From Amoebidium appalachense (Eukaryota; Protista; Ichthyosporea): a stretch of 64,000 nt of DNA. Shown here piece by piece: positions 23,157-35,084 of the stretch. The notes beneath the pieces are model-generated. The model saw only the letters and a list, made by a program, of their open reading frames with translations, did not search any database and had not been told where the DNA came from. A program made the position numbers and the translations under genes. Position 1 is the first letter of the stretch, and the number at the start of each line of letters is the position of its first letter. Location of the stretch: positions 7,745,312-7,809,311 of the forward strand of contig CAVNZM010000003.1 of the NCBI GenBank assembly GCA_963693365.1. The letters run 5' to 3'.

Positions 23157-24699
23157 GAAAACACTCCAGCCAAACCCACCTCGTTGCACATGGCCTGGCA
23201 CCTATCATCGTTCCAGTTTGGGCTGCGGCCAGTGCTCTCATACTGATTGCACAGACACCGCAGCGGATTGGGCGCTTGCACCGCCACACAGCTTTTGCAC
23301 CAATCACTGTAGGGCGGTGTGGACAGAAACTGAGCCATGGCTGCCGGGTCAAACATCTGGTCCAGGTTGCTCTCACACGTCATCTTGTACTGCCCTGCCC
23401 CGTCACACTTAAAGTACGTCAGGTAGCCGGGCTTGTTTGGCGGGACAGTGATGCTGTGTGGTGCCGGTTTGCGTGTTGGGTCGGAAGTGGGTGTTGGTGT
23501 TGCTGTAACCGTTACGACGACAAAATTTCCAGTGGGCTTCTTGGTGGTTGTGGCGACGCGTGTGGTGGAGGGTTTTGTCGTGGTTGTATTGTTTGAAGTC
23601 GGTTTCAAAGGTGAAGTGGTGTGTGTGCGGGTGGTGGTGGTTGTTTGCACACGTGTGGCTGTGGTTTGTTTTTCGCTGGACGTGCTTGTCACCGTGGGCT
23701 CGTGCACAATGCTGTGCGTCGCCGTTGGCTTGTGTATGATTGTTGTCTTGGTGGTTGTTGAAGGTGCATGTGTAGTTTTTATTTTCGTGTGTGTGGTCTG
23801 CGCTGTTAACATTGTGTGATAACTGGAAGTACTAGGCACCTTTGTAGCGCTCGAGTGCACACGTGTTGTGGTTAAAAATGATGTCGTGGGTTCGTTCACA
23901 ACGTTGTGTGTTGTCGTTGACTTGTGTGAGCTCGTTGACGGTGTCTCTGTTGTTGAAGGCACATGAGGTGCCGTTGTTCTTGTCTTCGTGTGTGTGGTCT
24001 GCTGCGCCGAACTCGTAGCAGGTACCTTGGTAGACTCTGAGCCGGAGTGTGTTGGTTTCTCCACGGTGGTTGGACGCACGAGTGAACTTGTTGTGACGAC
24101 AGATAATTTTGTCGTTGTCTCTGGTTTAGGTGTTGGTTTGATGGAAGTGAGGATGGCCGGCAGTGTGGTTTTTGCTACAATTACTGTTACAGGAGTGAGT
24201 TGGATGGTGGGAAGGACAGGGCGGGAAACAGGTGCGAGGCCTATGTCTTTGTCTGATGCCTGAGCTGTGATTGGCGCGGCACTACCTCCTGTAAAATTCA
24301 TTATGGTGTTAGTGGCCATAGGGTATAACAGCTGGTACTTCGTATGTACTGAGTCCTTATGTAAAAAAGACACTGTGCACGTTTGATTATGTAAACGTGT
24401 TCTGTCCTGTGTTTTTGCATACGAAATTTGCAGCGCATGCACACGCGACTACATATGTTACAGCACTATAATTATGCACCATGCCCAGTAAATAATATGC
24501 GAACATTCTGAATAAATGCCGAGCCAAGGTGTGAGCTCTCCATGTGTGCCTTTGCCGTTTTTAATTTTCTTGAGTGTGCGCTGCACGCCCTGCATGTATT
24601 ACTCAGTTGCGATAAGCCAGACATCACATGCTGCAAATGCAACTTACCTGGCAGGGAGAGGAGCGCAGCTGAAATGGTCGAAAATACTCTTAGAGACAT
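19270..24699 (-). CDS. Large secreted mucin-like Thr-rich protein with Cys-rich modules and a C-terminal globular domain; exons 24699-24648, 24288-23180, 22963-19270 with one apparent 1-nt frameshift near 22916
   Basis: Exon 1 MSLRVFSTISAALLSLP|gtaagt joins ttttacag|GGSAAPITAQ (ctaac branch site) to give a plausible signal peptide. Thr-rich tracts are punctuated by TVPPDPI repeats. Cys-rich blocks lie at 23410-23180 and 22960-22610. Stop TAG ends at 19270. Confidence 0.8.
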
Positions 24700-26362
24700 G
24701 TTGGCGCTAGTTATAGCCAGCGGTTGAGAGAGAGATTTCGCAAATGAGATGCGATTCAGGGGATCTGCACCAGGTTGTTTTAGGCTCTGTGGCGAGTGTG
24801 TTTTTGATCGATTGTGGTCAGACTTGCACTCGGCTGCCTTTTTATATACTTCTCTCAGGGGTGCGGCGAGCTCTGATTGGTTCGGCGTGATATCATTCCT
24901 GTTCACACTGAATATAAATGACGTTTCTGATTGGATATGTTTGAAGATTGAAAGACCCAATCGGATTTCGCCTTGCACTTGCTCTGCACCGGCTCACTGC
25001 CAGGTCGTCCGGCTGGCCGTACATAACGCCAACATTGATGAGGTCCATCCCCTTTATTAATCCTGCCACACGAGCTAATTAGTGCTTGACTTACTATAAG
25101 GGCTACCGGGCTTTGTGTTGCATGCAGATATAATGATCATCAGGGATTATGATCACATTGAATGACGTCACGGCTGGCGCTTGTGCAGCCGCTGGCAGGC
25201 TCAGCTAGGCCCTCTTGGGTGTGGAAGAGTTACCGCTTATGCATATACTGTTGTAGGCCCCTGCAGGTCTGCTGAAGACTCGTATGTGAATATAAACTGA
25301 AACAGACCGTAAACTTTGCGTAAAGCCCCTTTTGCAGCTAAAAATCGCTGACAATTCGTGTCCAGCCACCCGCCCATCATGGATCTATCGAATCTTCTTT
25401 GGCATGCACGTTGTTTTAAGGCGAACAATTTGATTAGCCAGAAGAATCGCCAATCGTACCAACTACAAGAAACACCAATCATATTGTTGTATCGCACATT
25501 CCTGCGGGCTCCGTAGAACCGGCGCACATTGCCCAGGATAGCCCTGGCCGCGGGGACCAGGCAAGTCCGCCGCTTCGGAGTCTTGACTGAAAGCGCAAAG
25601 AAAGACTGGTATCTGGTTTTCCAGGTTTGGCAGTGTGCAAGGGTGCGGGCCATATGTTTTCTACCTAGTTAGCCCCTGCATACAGTGAAGTATCAAAAAG
25701 AGCTGACGCCCCAAACAATGTTTATGTAATAATGTTCAGAACAAAACGGGTATTGCAAATTTATTACAAAGAGTATTTTCCTCACAGCACGACCACGCTA
25801 CCCTGAGACCTTTATTCAAGGTGACTAATGTTACCCCAATATGATGAGCAATAATAAGCATGAGTAATAACAGACAGATGGTAGCAGTACTATTTTGTAT
25901 GGTAGCCCGGGGCACTTTGACCCAACCTTAATTTGCACGCGGACGTACCAAGGCGGTACATCGGTTCTAGATGCTTCGCTGATGATAGGCTGACATGTGT
26001 GTCTATGCGTGTACGTGTGCACTGTGCATCTGTCTCATATGATACCGTCTACAGATTAGATAGAAAACAACGTCCACGTAAGTTCATAAGTCCATCAAAA
26101 GCTCTCATCAAATTATCAACATTCCAAGTTGTTACATACTGCTGACCGTAAAAAAACGTCGAGCTATCTATTTAAAAAACTTTTCTGATGATCAGAGAAT
26201 CCGGGGAGAACCATGTGCCTGCGATGATATTGATCATCATATTACTCCGAGAAAAGCTAGTGGTCCGAGAGGCTTTTCCGAACAACATAAAAATACAAGC
26301 ATGGGCAGATATAAACCCGAACCATACACCCCCTTCGCCCCCCCTCCCCCCCCCCCCTCTCC

Positions 26363-26393
<31 letters not shown>

Positions 26394-26458
26394 ACGCACA
26401 CTCCATCTTACTCCCTTATATCCCGGACCCACCCCTTTTCCCTCGACTTATCACCTCC

Positions 26459-26537
26459 CCTCTCTCTCCCCGTCTCCCCTCTCTCTCCCCGTCTCCCCTC
26501 TCTCTCCCCGTCTCCCCTCTCTCTCCCCGTCTCCCCT
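26459..26537. repeat. 19-bp tandem repeat (ctctctccccgtctcccct) x4 at the left junction of the LINE fragment
   Basis: Visible units; a single related unit is present in the full element at about 33983-34001. Confidence 0.85.
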
Positions 26538-27158
26538 GGGCACAAATACAAATAAACCCTGCAATAGTGTGTGTGTGACTTTGGACTGCCACTTACTTAT
26601 TAAACATGTACACAATCACAAGATAATCACGCAATATAACAAATGGAAAAAGATACCACACGACACTAGACCCGATGAAAGCATACACCTTGAAAAACTA
26701 AGCCTTATGTCTCGTTTTATATATACTGACCGCCTCAACCATATTGCCAAATATGGCACTCGCAAGTGTATAACACCTAAATACATATTACCTTCCTGTA
26801 GAACTGGTCTTTCTCTAGCTGATGGTATTATTGATCAATTACCACGCTTTTACTGTACACGTGCTATACAGTGGAGATCTAATAAGTATAAGGTGGCATC
26901 ATTTGCATGCCCAAACAACACACACACACACCAGTTCAACCGGTCATGTATCGCCAAATGTAGTTTGATAGACCACATAATACCGCAACACACACACGTC
27001 ACATTCACAACAGACACCCAGAAAGATAGCCTACCTGTAAATTACAACATCCTTGATTTTATACTAAACACGCGTAACTACGACCTGTTTATTAGATGTA
27101 TTGATTGGCTTGAGAAACACATCACTATTAAATTATAGCGCACGCGCACACACACACA

Positions 27159-27237
<79 letters not shown>

Positions 27238-27269
27238 CCAGCTGATACCGAGTGTCCCGAGGGGAGCCC

Positions 27270-27306
<37 letters not shown>
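26515..27306 (+). mobile_element. 5'-truncated copy of the LINE (ORF2 C-terminus, (CA)n 3' UTR, poly-A)
   Basis: Nearly identical to about 33980-34757 with only a handful of substitutions; stop TAG at 27138, A-tract 27273-27306. Confidence 0.92.
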
Positions 27307-27307
<1 letters not shown>

Positions 27308-28039
27308 GGGGAACCCCAGCTAATTGATTTCTCCTTGTAGTCTTTATGGTGTCTCGTAGAGAAAGTAAACCCTGATATATAGTCACCACCCGACATCTAT
27401 GTACATGATCATGATATACCGCTGAGGGGATATTCCGAGCAAAACCCCCCCCAATACCTGAGACTGGTTCTCTTTGCCTCGAGTAAACAGCGTAAACCCC
27501 TTATGTATATCAACTTGCACTGTTTCAAACCGAGTTCTCAGGGTTGTAGTGGTGGGTGGTTCCGTAGAATTGAAATGGGTATCGATGGGCCCTGAGGCGT
27601 AAGAAAACTGCTGTACATAAGCCTAGGCCTAGTAATGGCGGTGGGGTCCGACGGTAGATGCACAGTTAGGAGGCGACAGCTGTGGTGGGAAGATAGGGAA
27701 GAGGGATGGATGCGAGGCAGGAGTGCCACAAATGCATATGGTTTCTGAATGGTTGTATTTGTTACTCAGTTTATTATGATCTTCTTTACCATAACCATAG
27801 CTGGGAGGGAGCTGGACGATCGGTACTCCAGAAGGGGCGGGGCAAGCCGAGGCGGGCTCGAGGGAGGAGGGGGCAGGGGGTCAAACTGAGGGTATGTGTA
27901 CTGCGGTGCACACTGACACGTATGCGCACACTTGCCATTGTGTATTAGGCGGCTGTGCAGTGCATGTGTAGGTGTGTCACAGCCTTGTGGCAGTACGTAT
28001 TGTTCACTGTGTGCGGCATTTGAACTGGTGTGTTTGTGT

Positions 28040-28521
<482 letters not shown>

Positions 28522-28959
28522 ATCAAGGTGTGTGCGTGAGAAGTGCTGTGTGGGATTAGGATGGGTGTGTGTGTCTGTGTGAGCAGTAGTGGTGCCTGAG
28601 AGAGGGGAAGGGGGGGGAGGGGGGTGAGGGGGGGGACAGAGAAAGACGGTGCATGCGTATATCCGTGCGTGGGTGCGTGGGTGCGTATGTGCGTGCGTGC
28701 ATTCGTGTGTGTGTGCATGCATGTATATGTGTGTGTGTCCCACACAGGTTCACGACGGTCACACCAATAAAAAAGGGCCAAAACAAATACAGACACGCAC
28801 ACTGGCACACACCAAGCTTTCACACACGCACATACACCGAGGCCACACACCAAGCCACATCAGTACACACACTGAAACACGCACAAACAGGCAAAGCAAG
28901 TGCACAAAACCACCAGTACCATCTCCCTCTGTACGTGCAGACCAAGCCATCCCGAGCAT

Positions 28960-29063
<104 letters not shown>

Positions 29064-29142
29064 ACCAACGCCAACGCCATCACCACCGACGCACACCGCC
29101 ACGACAAGACGAAGAAATAGATAAATAAGGCCAAAAAATAAA

Positions 29143-29174
<32 letters not shown>

Positions 29175-30879
29175 ACCGACTCGTGCATCGGCACTCAGTT
29201 ACATGACGCTCCTCCTATTCAACCACGTTTTCCCTCCTCTCCCCCCTCTACCTCCCTCCCGTCCGCATGCCCCGTTTCGGTACGGGCATCCCTCCCCCCT
29301 CCCCCCCTCACTCAGTTAGGCTTATGCCTTGGGACCCCCTTTCCCCCCCCTCCCCCCCCCCCCCTCCCTTTGCTCCTCTCCCGAACCGTTCGCACATCCT
29401 TTTTGCCGCAGTGTTATTTTTCACCATCACACTGCAACCATTTTGGGAGCATATATTAGCTGGCTGTATGCTTTTAGCTGGGTGTTGTAGTAGGGATTAC
29501 TAGTGACAGTGGGGGATGGGGGAAGGGGCAGGGGTGGTGGGGAGAGGGGAGGAAGTGTGGGTGGGGGTGGGGGTGTGGTGGTGGGGGGGGGGGGGAGGGG
29601 GGGTAGGGGGGGAGGGGGGGGGATAGAAAGGTTGTGCGCAAAACCCACTCCCCTATTAAATGGCAAATGATTCTGTTGTACTACACGCACGGACTTGGTG
29701 CTCGATTAACATAGTTATATACTTGTTAACGTTATTTTTAGGCACTGGGAAGAGCATTATGAAGAGAACAGATAATGCACGTGCCTTTTGAATTGCCCTT
29801 AACATGCCATGAATGCTGCTGCTAGGTTGGAGCACAAATGGCGAGCCCAGGGATCCCTTACGGGAATGTTGAAGTGTCTGTTCTAATATCTGACACATCT
29901 ACACAATGGGGTCTAACTATTGTAAAATTAGAGGCACTAACACCGTGCTGATCATGCACCGTCCAAAACAACACAGTGCGTTCATCCCCATGTTCAACTT
30001 GTTTACATCATAAGCCACCAACTCTTGACAGGACCCAAGTCACAAGAACGATCCCATTTAGAGGCCCCTAAATGCTCAGACATCCCTAACACCACACACA
30101 TGCGAGTTCATGCATAATTAAATACGTGCTAAGCGCTCCCTCTCCTCACAGAAATCTTCCTATGCCTCCTTATCCACCAGCAAGTTGTTGAGGGGAGGAA
30201 CCAATCTCGAGCGAATTTCCTGACTCCTCGCTCACTCACCCTCTCCATCTTGTTTCTATAAGTAAAGTCCGGATCCCCTGGTCATTGGTAGGCGCACACA
30301 AACCCGAGGGGACACAGTGGTGTTAACCCCATAGGCTTACCTGTCCGTAAAAGGTTAATAGTGCCAAGTACACCAACAGTTCCTGTAAAAGTGCCCAAGA
30401 TCAGAAGCATGTCACGCGCGCGCTTGTGCGATGGCGACTGCCATTTGCAGCTCTTTGACTCATGCCCGTCACAGTAGAAACGATGTTGAGCACATTGATG
30501 CCAGGATGATTGCCACATCCCATGTGCATGATGCTATGTGTAGGTTGTCATGAGCTAGGCCGTTGTGGGCGAAAAAGGTGTAGGACCGCAACTCCGTTGC
30601 ATATCGAAAAAAACTTTGCTGTTGCGGCCGTGACAACGAAAAAAAAGCAAGTTGACGTACAAGGAAACCGTTCCGGCTCTGCTTGCGTAATCATGATAGC
30701 AGCTCGGCTCTTTCCCCGATATCGTGGAGATTGCAGAGAGTCGGCACGGCCCTCTTTTTTTCAGAGGGCCGTGGAGTCGGTGAGCTCTGCGCTGCGCTTT
30801 TGAGATTTTTGAATCCACACCTACATGAAATACAAAGTATAATCCATAAAACGAAGCTAAATCTATGCACTCATGATAT

Positions 30880-31416
30880 GTGTATTTCAAAGTCAAGCAC
30901 GGCAGACGCCCACACAGGGCCATGTGGTCCATCTTCAAGGCTCTCGGCTTCCGGTGCTCTCGCATCCTTTGTCTGTCCTTCATTGGATACGATGTGCTGG
31001 AAGTAGCAGTACGGGGCGACTATAACCGTGCGTTCATCCGTGACGCGACAAAGGGGTGTGGAAGCTTCTTCACCCACCTCCCAAGCTACGACCCATGCGC
31101 GCCGGAAAACATTCAGAAAGCAGACAAAGAACGTAAAGTGTCTGCTAAGAATGCGTGCGCCACACGTTGTCGTGTACGCATCAGCAAGGCAAAAGAGTTC
31201 CTCGCAAAGTTGGAAAACGATGCTACGAGCGTGATAGACACGGACACGAAGGAACCAATGTTTTCTGGTGAGAAACTGCTCGAGCGCAAACGCCGATGCG
31301 AGATGGAAATCGAGCTCTTCTGCGAACTGTTCGCGCTGGCGGAAGGTCGTGCATACGACCCCGTAAGCGACAAGTGGGAACCAACCCCACAGGTGTCGGA
31401 CCAAACCGATGCCTAA
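30880..31416 (+). CDS. LINE ORF1 (gag-like), 5' part apparently decayed
   Basis: Lies immediately upstream of ORF2 and overlaps it (ATGCCTAA). The YVYFKV...MWSIFKALGFRCSRILCLSFIGYDVLEVAVRGDY segment resembles, from my recollection, ORF1-like proteins of LINEs in early-diverging fungi. First ATG at 30922; in-frame TGA at 30874. Confidence 0.7.
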   Translation: MYFKVKHGRRPHRAMWSIFKALGFRCSRILCLSFIGYDVLEVAVRGDYNRAFIRDATKGCGSFFTHLPSYDPCAPENIQKADKERKVSAKNACATRCRVRISKAKEFLAKLENDATSVIDTDTKEPMFSGEKLLERKRRCEMEIELFCELFALAEGRAYDPVSDKWEPTPQVSDQTDA

Positions 31417-34400
31417 TTTATCCTTCTTCTTCTGGAATGCTCGGACACTGGGCCCCCAAAAGGGCCTCCCCCCCGGGACACTCGACGATAAAATCAGCTA
31501 CATACAACAACAGACAAACAACCACACGTTTACAGTGATTTGCGAAACACAGTTTAATAACCACCACAAATTCAACTCTACATTGGTCGACACATCCACA
31601 CACCCCGGTTACGCGAAAAACCGAGGCATTATTGTACTTGCCGCACCACACGTGAGAGTGAAGTGCAAACCGGTAGCAAAAACGGAATTCTCGGTTTCTA
31701 TAGAGTTTCTTTCTAATGTTTTTACTTTTGTATATTACCCACCATCTATGTCGGTTGTCGAATTGACTCACGAGTTGTCACAGTTACCAATGTCCACTGT
31801 TATTTTAGGTGATTTTAACACGCGACTCCACCACACAGACACACTGCAAGTGAGTGTCGGGTACCCATCTAAGCCCCCGGAGCGTGCTATCCCTTTAGCA
31901 AGGTATGTCCAAAGTCACACTTTGCGGTTCCCTCAAATATCCCATGCCCACAACACCGACTGGGGAGTGGCCTTTTGGCCATCAACCATGTCAAAACTCT
32001 CTCTCCCTCCTAACCTCTCTAGGTCATCTGACCACTCTCCTATCCTTTTCCTACCTAAGATCTCCCTTGATCTGCTCCCCCCTCCCCCTCCCACCTTTCG
32101 CCTCCGTCTATCCCAGCTTAAGTCACAGTGGGGTAGAGTTGATGTATGTGTATGCTATGCTACGAAACACCCTATATATATGCGCCTATTAGAATCTGCA
32201 CAAGCCAGGCCAGATTCACATCTCGTACTAGATACATGCACTAACTTTATTGTTGATGATTTGATAGATCTCGGTGATTATGCTGGCGGTGGTAGGAAGG
32301 AATATCCCGATGCTCTCTTGTTACCAAACACCACTCCCGCTAGACTAGGTGAACCCCTGTCTCAAAAGGAAAGCTTGCGCCGGCTTGCTAGTATGAATCG
32401 ATTTGGCCCCCCTGCTCGTATTATTGGTGATACCACTGGAGACCCCCTCATAGACTCTGATAAGTATTTCTCGGAACTGTTTAAAGATAGGACCCCCGCT
32501 CAGAAACCTATTGTGTGGCCTGTAGACCCATCTATCCCCATAGAATCGATCCTCCCCTTTTTCAGTCCCGATGCCATATGGTCTGTGATATCTAGTTATA
32601 GCTCTAGTAAGTCTTGTGGACCTGATGGACTCCCTGCTGGGTTTCTTAAAATCCTTGTTCCCTCCTACCCACAAAAGGAAAGTGATCGTGCTATTAAACC
32701 TGATCTTACTATCATGTTAAGCTCTCTCTTTTCTTGGTGTGTTAAATGTGGACATGTCCCGTCATCTTGGTTAGATACCTTAGTGATCCCCATAGTTAAG
32801 AAGGACTCTGAGGGCCCCATATCATCCTTTCGCCCCATTACACTAACCCAGGTTGTTCGTAGATTCTTTGAAGCTTGCTTACTTAGGTTATTTGCACATC
32901 ACCCTAGGTTTCAATCTATTCTTCACATACACCCATGCCAATCCGCTTTTCGTAAAAACAATTCATGTTATGTTCAAATAATGGCACTGCACGATTCTAT
33001 GCAAGTTGGTGCACAATATGTTGGCTTTATTGATTGGAAAACTGCTTACGATTCTGTCTCCCCTGGTCTCCTATGGGAAAAGCTTGCTGCACGGGGTGTA
33101 CCACACTGCATTGGTGTTCTGTTAGAAGCACTCTTGTCTCAAACCTATGGTAGAGCTGTGGTTAATGGGCATCTTTCATATGGTTTTGCTCGTACTAGAG
33201 GTCTCTTGCAGGGCTCATTGCTTAGCCCCTTTTTGTTTAACCTATTTATAGATGATTTGGCTGTCAAGATTTACGCCGAAAACGATGACCCTATTAATAA
33301 CTTTCCGCCTGCACTTCTCTATGCTGATGATCTGTCCCTCCTTGCCCGTACCCCTAGACGCCTGCAAAGATTGTTCGATGTAGTGTCAGAGTGGTGCAAG
33401 GCAAACCTTATGATCCTTAACATAGACAAATGTGGTGTTCTTGTACCTGATATAGCTAACAATTTACACACATTTACATTATCATCTAAACCTGTACCTA
33501 TAGTTCCAGAATACAAATATCTTGGTGTTCCGGTTGATTCTGTTGGTGTTATGTTTCCCCATATGGTCGAAAAGAGGGTAGAGTTGGCTCGTAAGCGGTT
33601 AGCTTTCTTCTCGGCTAATATTTTTAAAGACACACCCCTCCATCCTTCTATTAGACTTACATTTATTCGCACTTTTGTCTTCCCGGCATGTGAATATGGT
33701 TTACCCCTTCTCGCCGCTTGGATCAAGAAAGAGAGAACTAGAGCGCTTAAACCCTTGGCAAATTTCCTTGAAGCAGAAGTTGCCTCCTTTCTATCTAACA
33801 ACTGTTGTAAACCTGGGCCTGTAACGCTCTCGATATATGGTCTGGTCCCAATAGCTGCTAGAGTATCCTATCTCGCGCTGAAATTCAATAAGCACATAAG
33901 CCGCTTAAAGAAGTATTTGCCCTCCCACCCTCTCTTCTCTATCCGACCTGTCCCCTCCTCACCTCTCCCCTCTTTCCTCCCCTCTCTCTCCCCTTCTCCC
34001 CTGGGCACAAATACAAATAAACCCCGCAATAGTGTGTGTGTGACTTTGGACTGCCACTTACTTATTAAACATGTACACAATCACAAGATAATCACGCAAT
34101 ATAACAAATGGAAAAAGATACCAAACGACACTAGACCCGATGAAAGCATACACCTTGAAAAACTAAGCCTTATGTCTCGTTTTATATATACTGACCGCCT
34201 CAACCATATTGCCAAATATGGCACTCGCAAGTGTATAACACCTAAATACATATTACCTTCCTGTAGAACTGGTCTTTCTCTAGCTGATGGTATTATTGAT
34301 CAATTACCACGCTTTTACTGTACACGTGCTATACAGTGGAGATCTAATAAGTATAAGGTGGCATCATTTGCATGCCCAAACAACACACACACACACCAGT

Positions 34401-34603
34401 TTAACCGGTCATGTATCGCCAAATGTAGTTTGATAGACCACATAATACCGCAACACACACACGTCACATTCACAACAGACACCCAGAAAGATAGCCTACC
34501 TGTAAATTACAACATCCTTGATTTTATACTAAACACGCGTAACTACGACCTGTTTATTAGATGTATTGATTGGCTTGAGAAACACATCACTACAAAATTA
34601 TAG
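31409..34603 (+). CDS. LINE ORF2: apurinic-like endonuclease + reverse transcriptase, 1064 aa, intact
   Basis: APE motifs FWNARTL, ICET, ILGDFN, SDHSPI; RT motifs GPDGLP, FRPITL, QSAFR, FIDWKTAYDSV, GLLQGSLLSPFLFN, LYADD, YKYLG; C-terminal C..H.FNRSC..C knuckle-like segment. Confidence 0.97.
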   Translation: MPNLSFFFWNARTLGPQKGLPPGTLDDKISYIQQQTNNHTFTVICETQFNNHHKFNSTLVDTSTHPGYAKNRGIIVLAAPHVRVKCKPVAKTEFSVSIEFLSNVFTFVYYPPSMSVVELTHELSQLPMSTVILGDFNTRLHHTDTLQVSVGYPSKPPERAIPLARYVQSHTLRFPQISHAHNTDWGVAFWPSTMSKLSLPPNLSRSSDHSPILFLPKISLDLLPPPPPTFRLRLSQLKSQWGRVDVCVCYATKHPIYMRLLESAQARPDSHLVLDTCTNFIVDDLIDLGDYAGGGRKEYPDALLLPNTTPARLGEPLSQKESLRRLASMNRFGPPARIIGDTTGDPLIDSDKYFSELFKDRTPAQKPIVWPVDPSIPIESILPFFSPDAIWSVISSYSSSKSCGPDGLPAGFLKILVPSYPQKESDRAIKPDLTIMLSSLFSWCVKCGHVPSSWLDTLVIPIVKKDSEGPISSFRPITLTQVVRRFFEACLLRLFAHHPRFQSILHIHPCQSAFRKNNSCYVQIMALHDSMQVGAQYVGFIDWKTAYDSVSPGLLWEKLAARGVPHCIGVLLEALLSQTYGRAVVNGHLSYGFARTRGLLQGSLLSPFLFNLFIDDLAVKIYAENDDPINNFPPALLYADDLSLLARTPRRLQRLFDVVSEWCKANLMILNIDKCGVLVPDIANNLHTFTLSSKPVPIVPEYKYLGVPVDSVGVMFPHMVEKRVELARKRLAFFSANIFKDTPLHPSIRLTFIRTFVFPACEYGLPLLAAWIKKERTRALKPLANFLEAEVASFLSNNCCKPGPVTLSIYGLVPIAARVSYLALKFNKHISRLKKYLPSHPLFSIRPVPSSPLPSFLPSLSPSPLGTNTNKPRNSVCVTLDCHLLIKHVHNHKIITQYNKWKKIPNDTRPDESIHLEKLSLMSRFIYTDRLNHIAKYGTRKCITPKYILPSCRTGLSLADGIIDQLPRFYCTRAIQWRSNKYKVASFACPNNTHTHQFNRSCIAKCSLIDHIIPQHTHVTFTTDTQKDSLPVNYNILDFILNTRNYDLFIRCIDWLEKHITTKL

Positions 34604-34623
34604 CGCACGCGCACACACACACA

Positions 34624-34684
<61 letters not shown>

Positions 34685-34716
34685 CCAGCTGATACCGAGT
34701 GTCCCGAGGGGAGCCC

Positions 34717-34757
<41 letters not shown>

Positions 34758-34758
<1 letters not shown>

Positions 34759-35084
34759 GGGGAACCCCAACTAATTGATTTCTCCTTGTAGTCTTTATGG
34801 TGTCTCGTAGAGAAAGTAAACCCTGATATATAGTCACCACCCGACATCTATGTACGTGATCATGATATACCGCTGAGGGGATATTCCGAGCAAAACCCCC
34901 CCCCCCATACCTGAGACTGGTTCTCTTTGCCTCGAGTAAACATCGTAAACCCCTCATGATATCTTGTAGTAAGAATACTATCAAAAGCAGAAAAGCATAT
35001 CAAAACATGAACACGTGTTCCTGACATCCCTGTAATAGCCAATCAAACAGCGCTCCTTTTTGCGCCAAAAACTCTCCTCATACT
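34758..35084 (-). pseudogene. Putative host-gene exons (35084-35015, 34962-34911, 34847-34758) interrupted by the LINE poly-A end
   Basis: Three phase-compatible exons separated by 52- and 63-nt GT-AG introns read EYEESFWRKKERCLIGYYRDVRNTYHEGFTMFTRGKENQSQMSGGDYISGFTFSTRHHKDYKEKSISWGSP and run into the element; candidate first exon caagATGGCG at 35323-35288. Confidence 0.45.

Larger units (their letters stand above)
30880..34757 (+). mobile_element. Non-LTR retrotransposon (LINE, APE-RT type), near full length; 5' boundary not defined
   Basis: ORF1 plus overlapping ORF2, (CA)n 3' UTR, A-tract 34721-34757; no TSD found. Confidence 0.93.

Noticed and set aside
25237-26330. 138-aa minus ORF and exon-like plus-strand pieces
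   Set aside because: No recognisable motifs, and no consistent exon chain could be built
30190-30880. Target-site duplication for the full LINE
   Set aside because: No copy of the post-poly-A sequence (cggggaacccca) found upstream; the 10-bp cccgagggga match at 30303 is too short to trust
34684-34770. Self-cleaving ribozyme at the LINE 3' end
   Set aside because: CTGATACC does not match the hammerhead CUGANGA/GAAA core, and I could not build an HDV-like fold by eye
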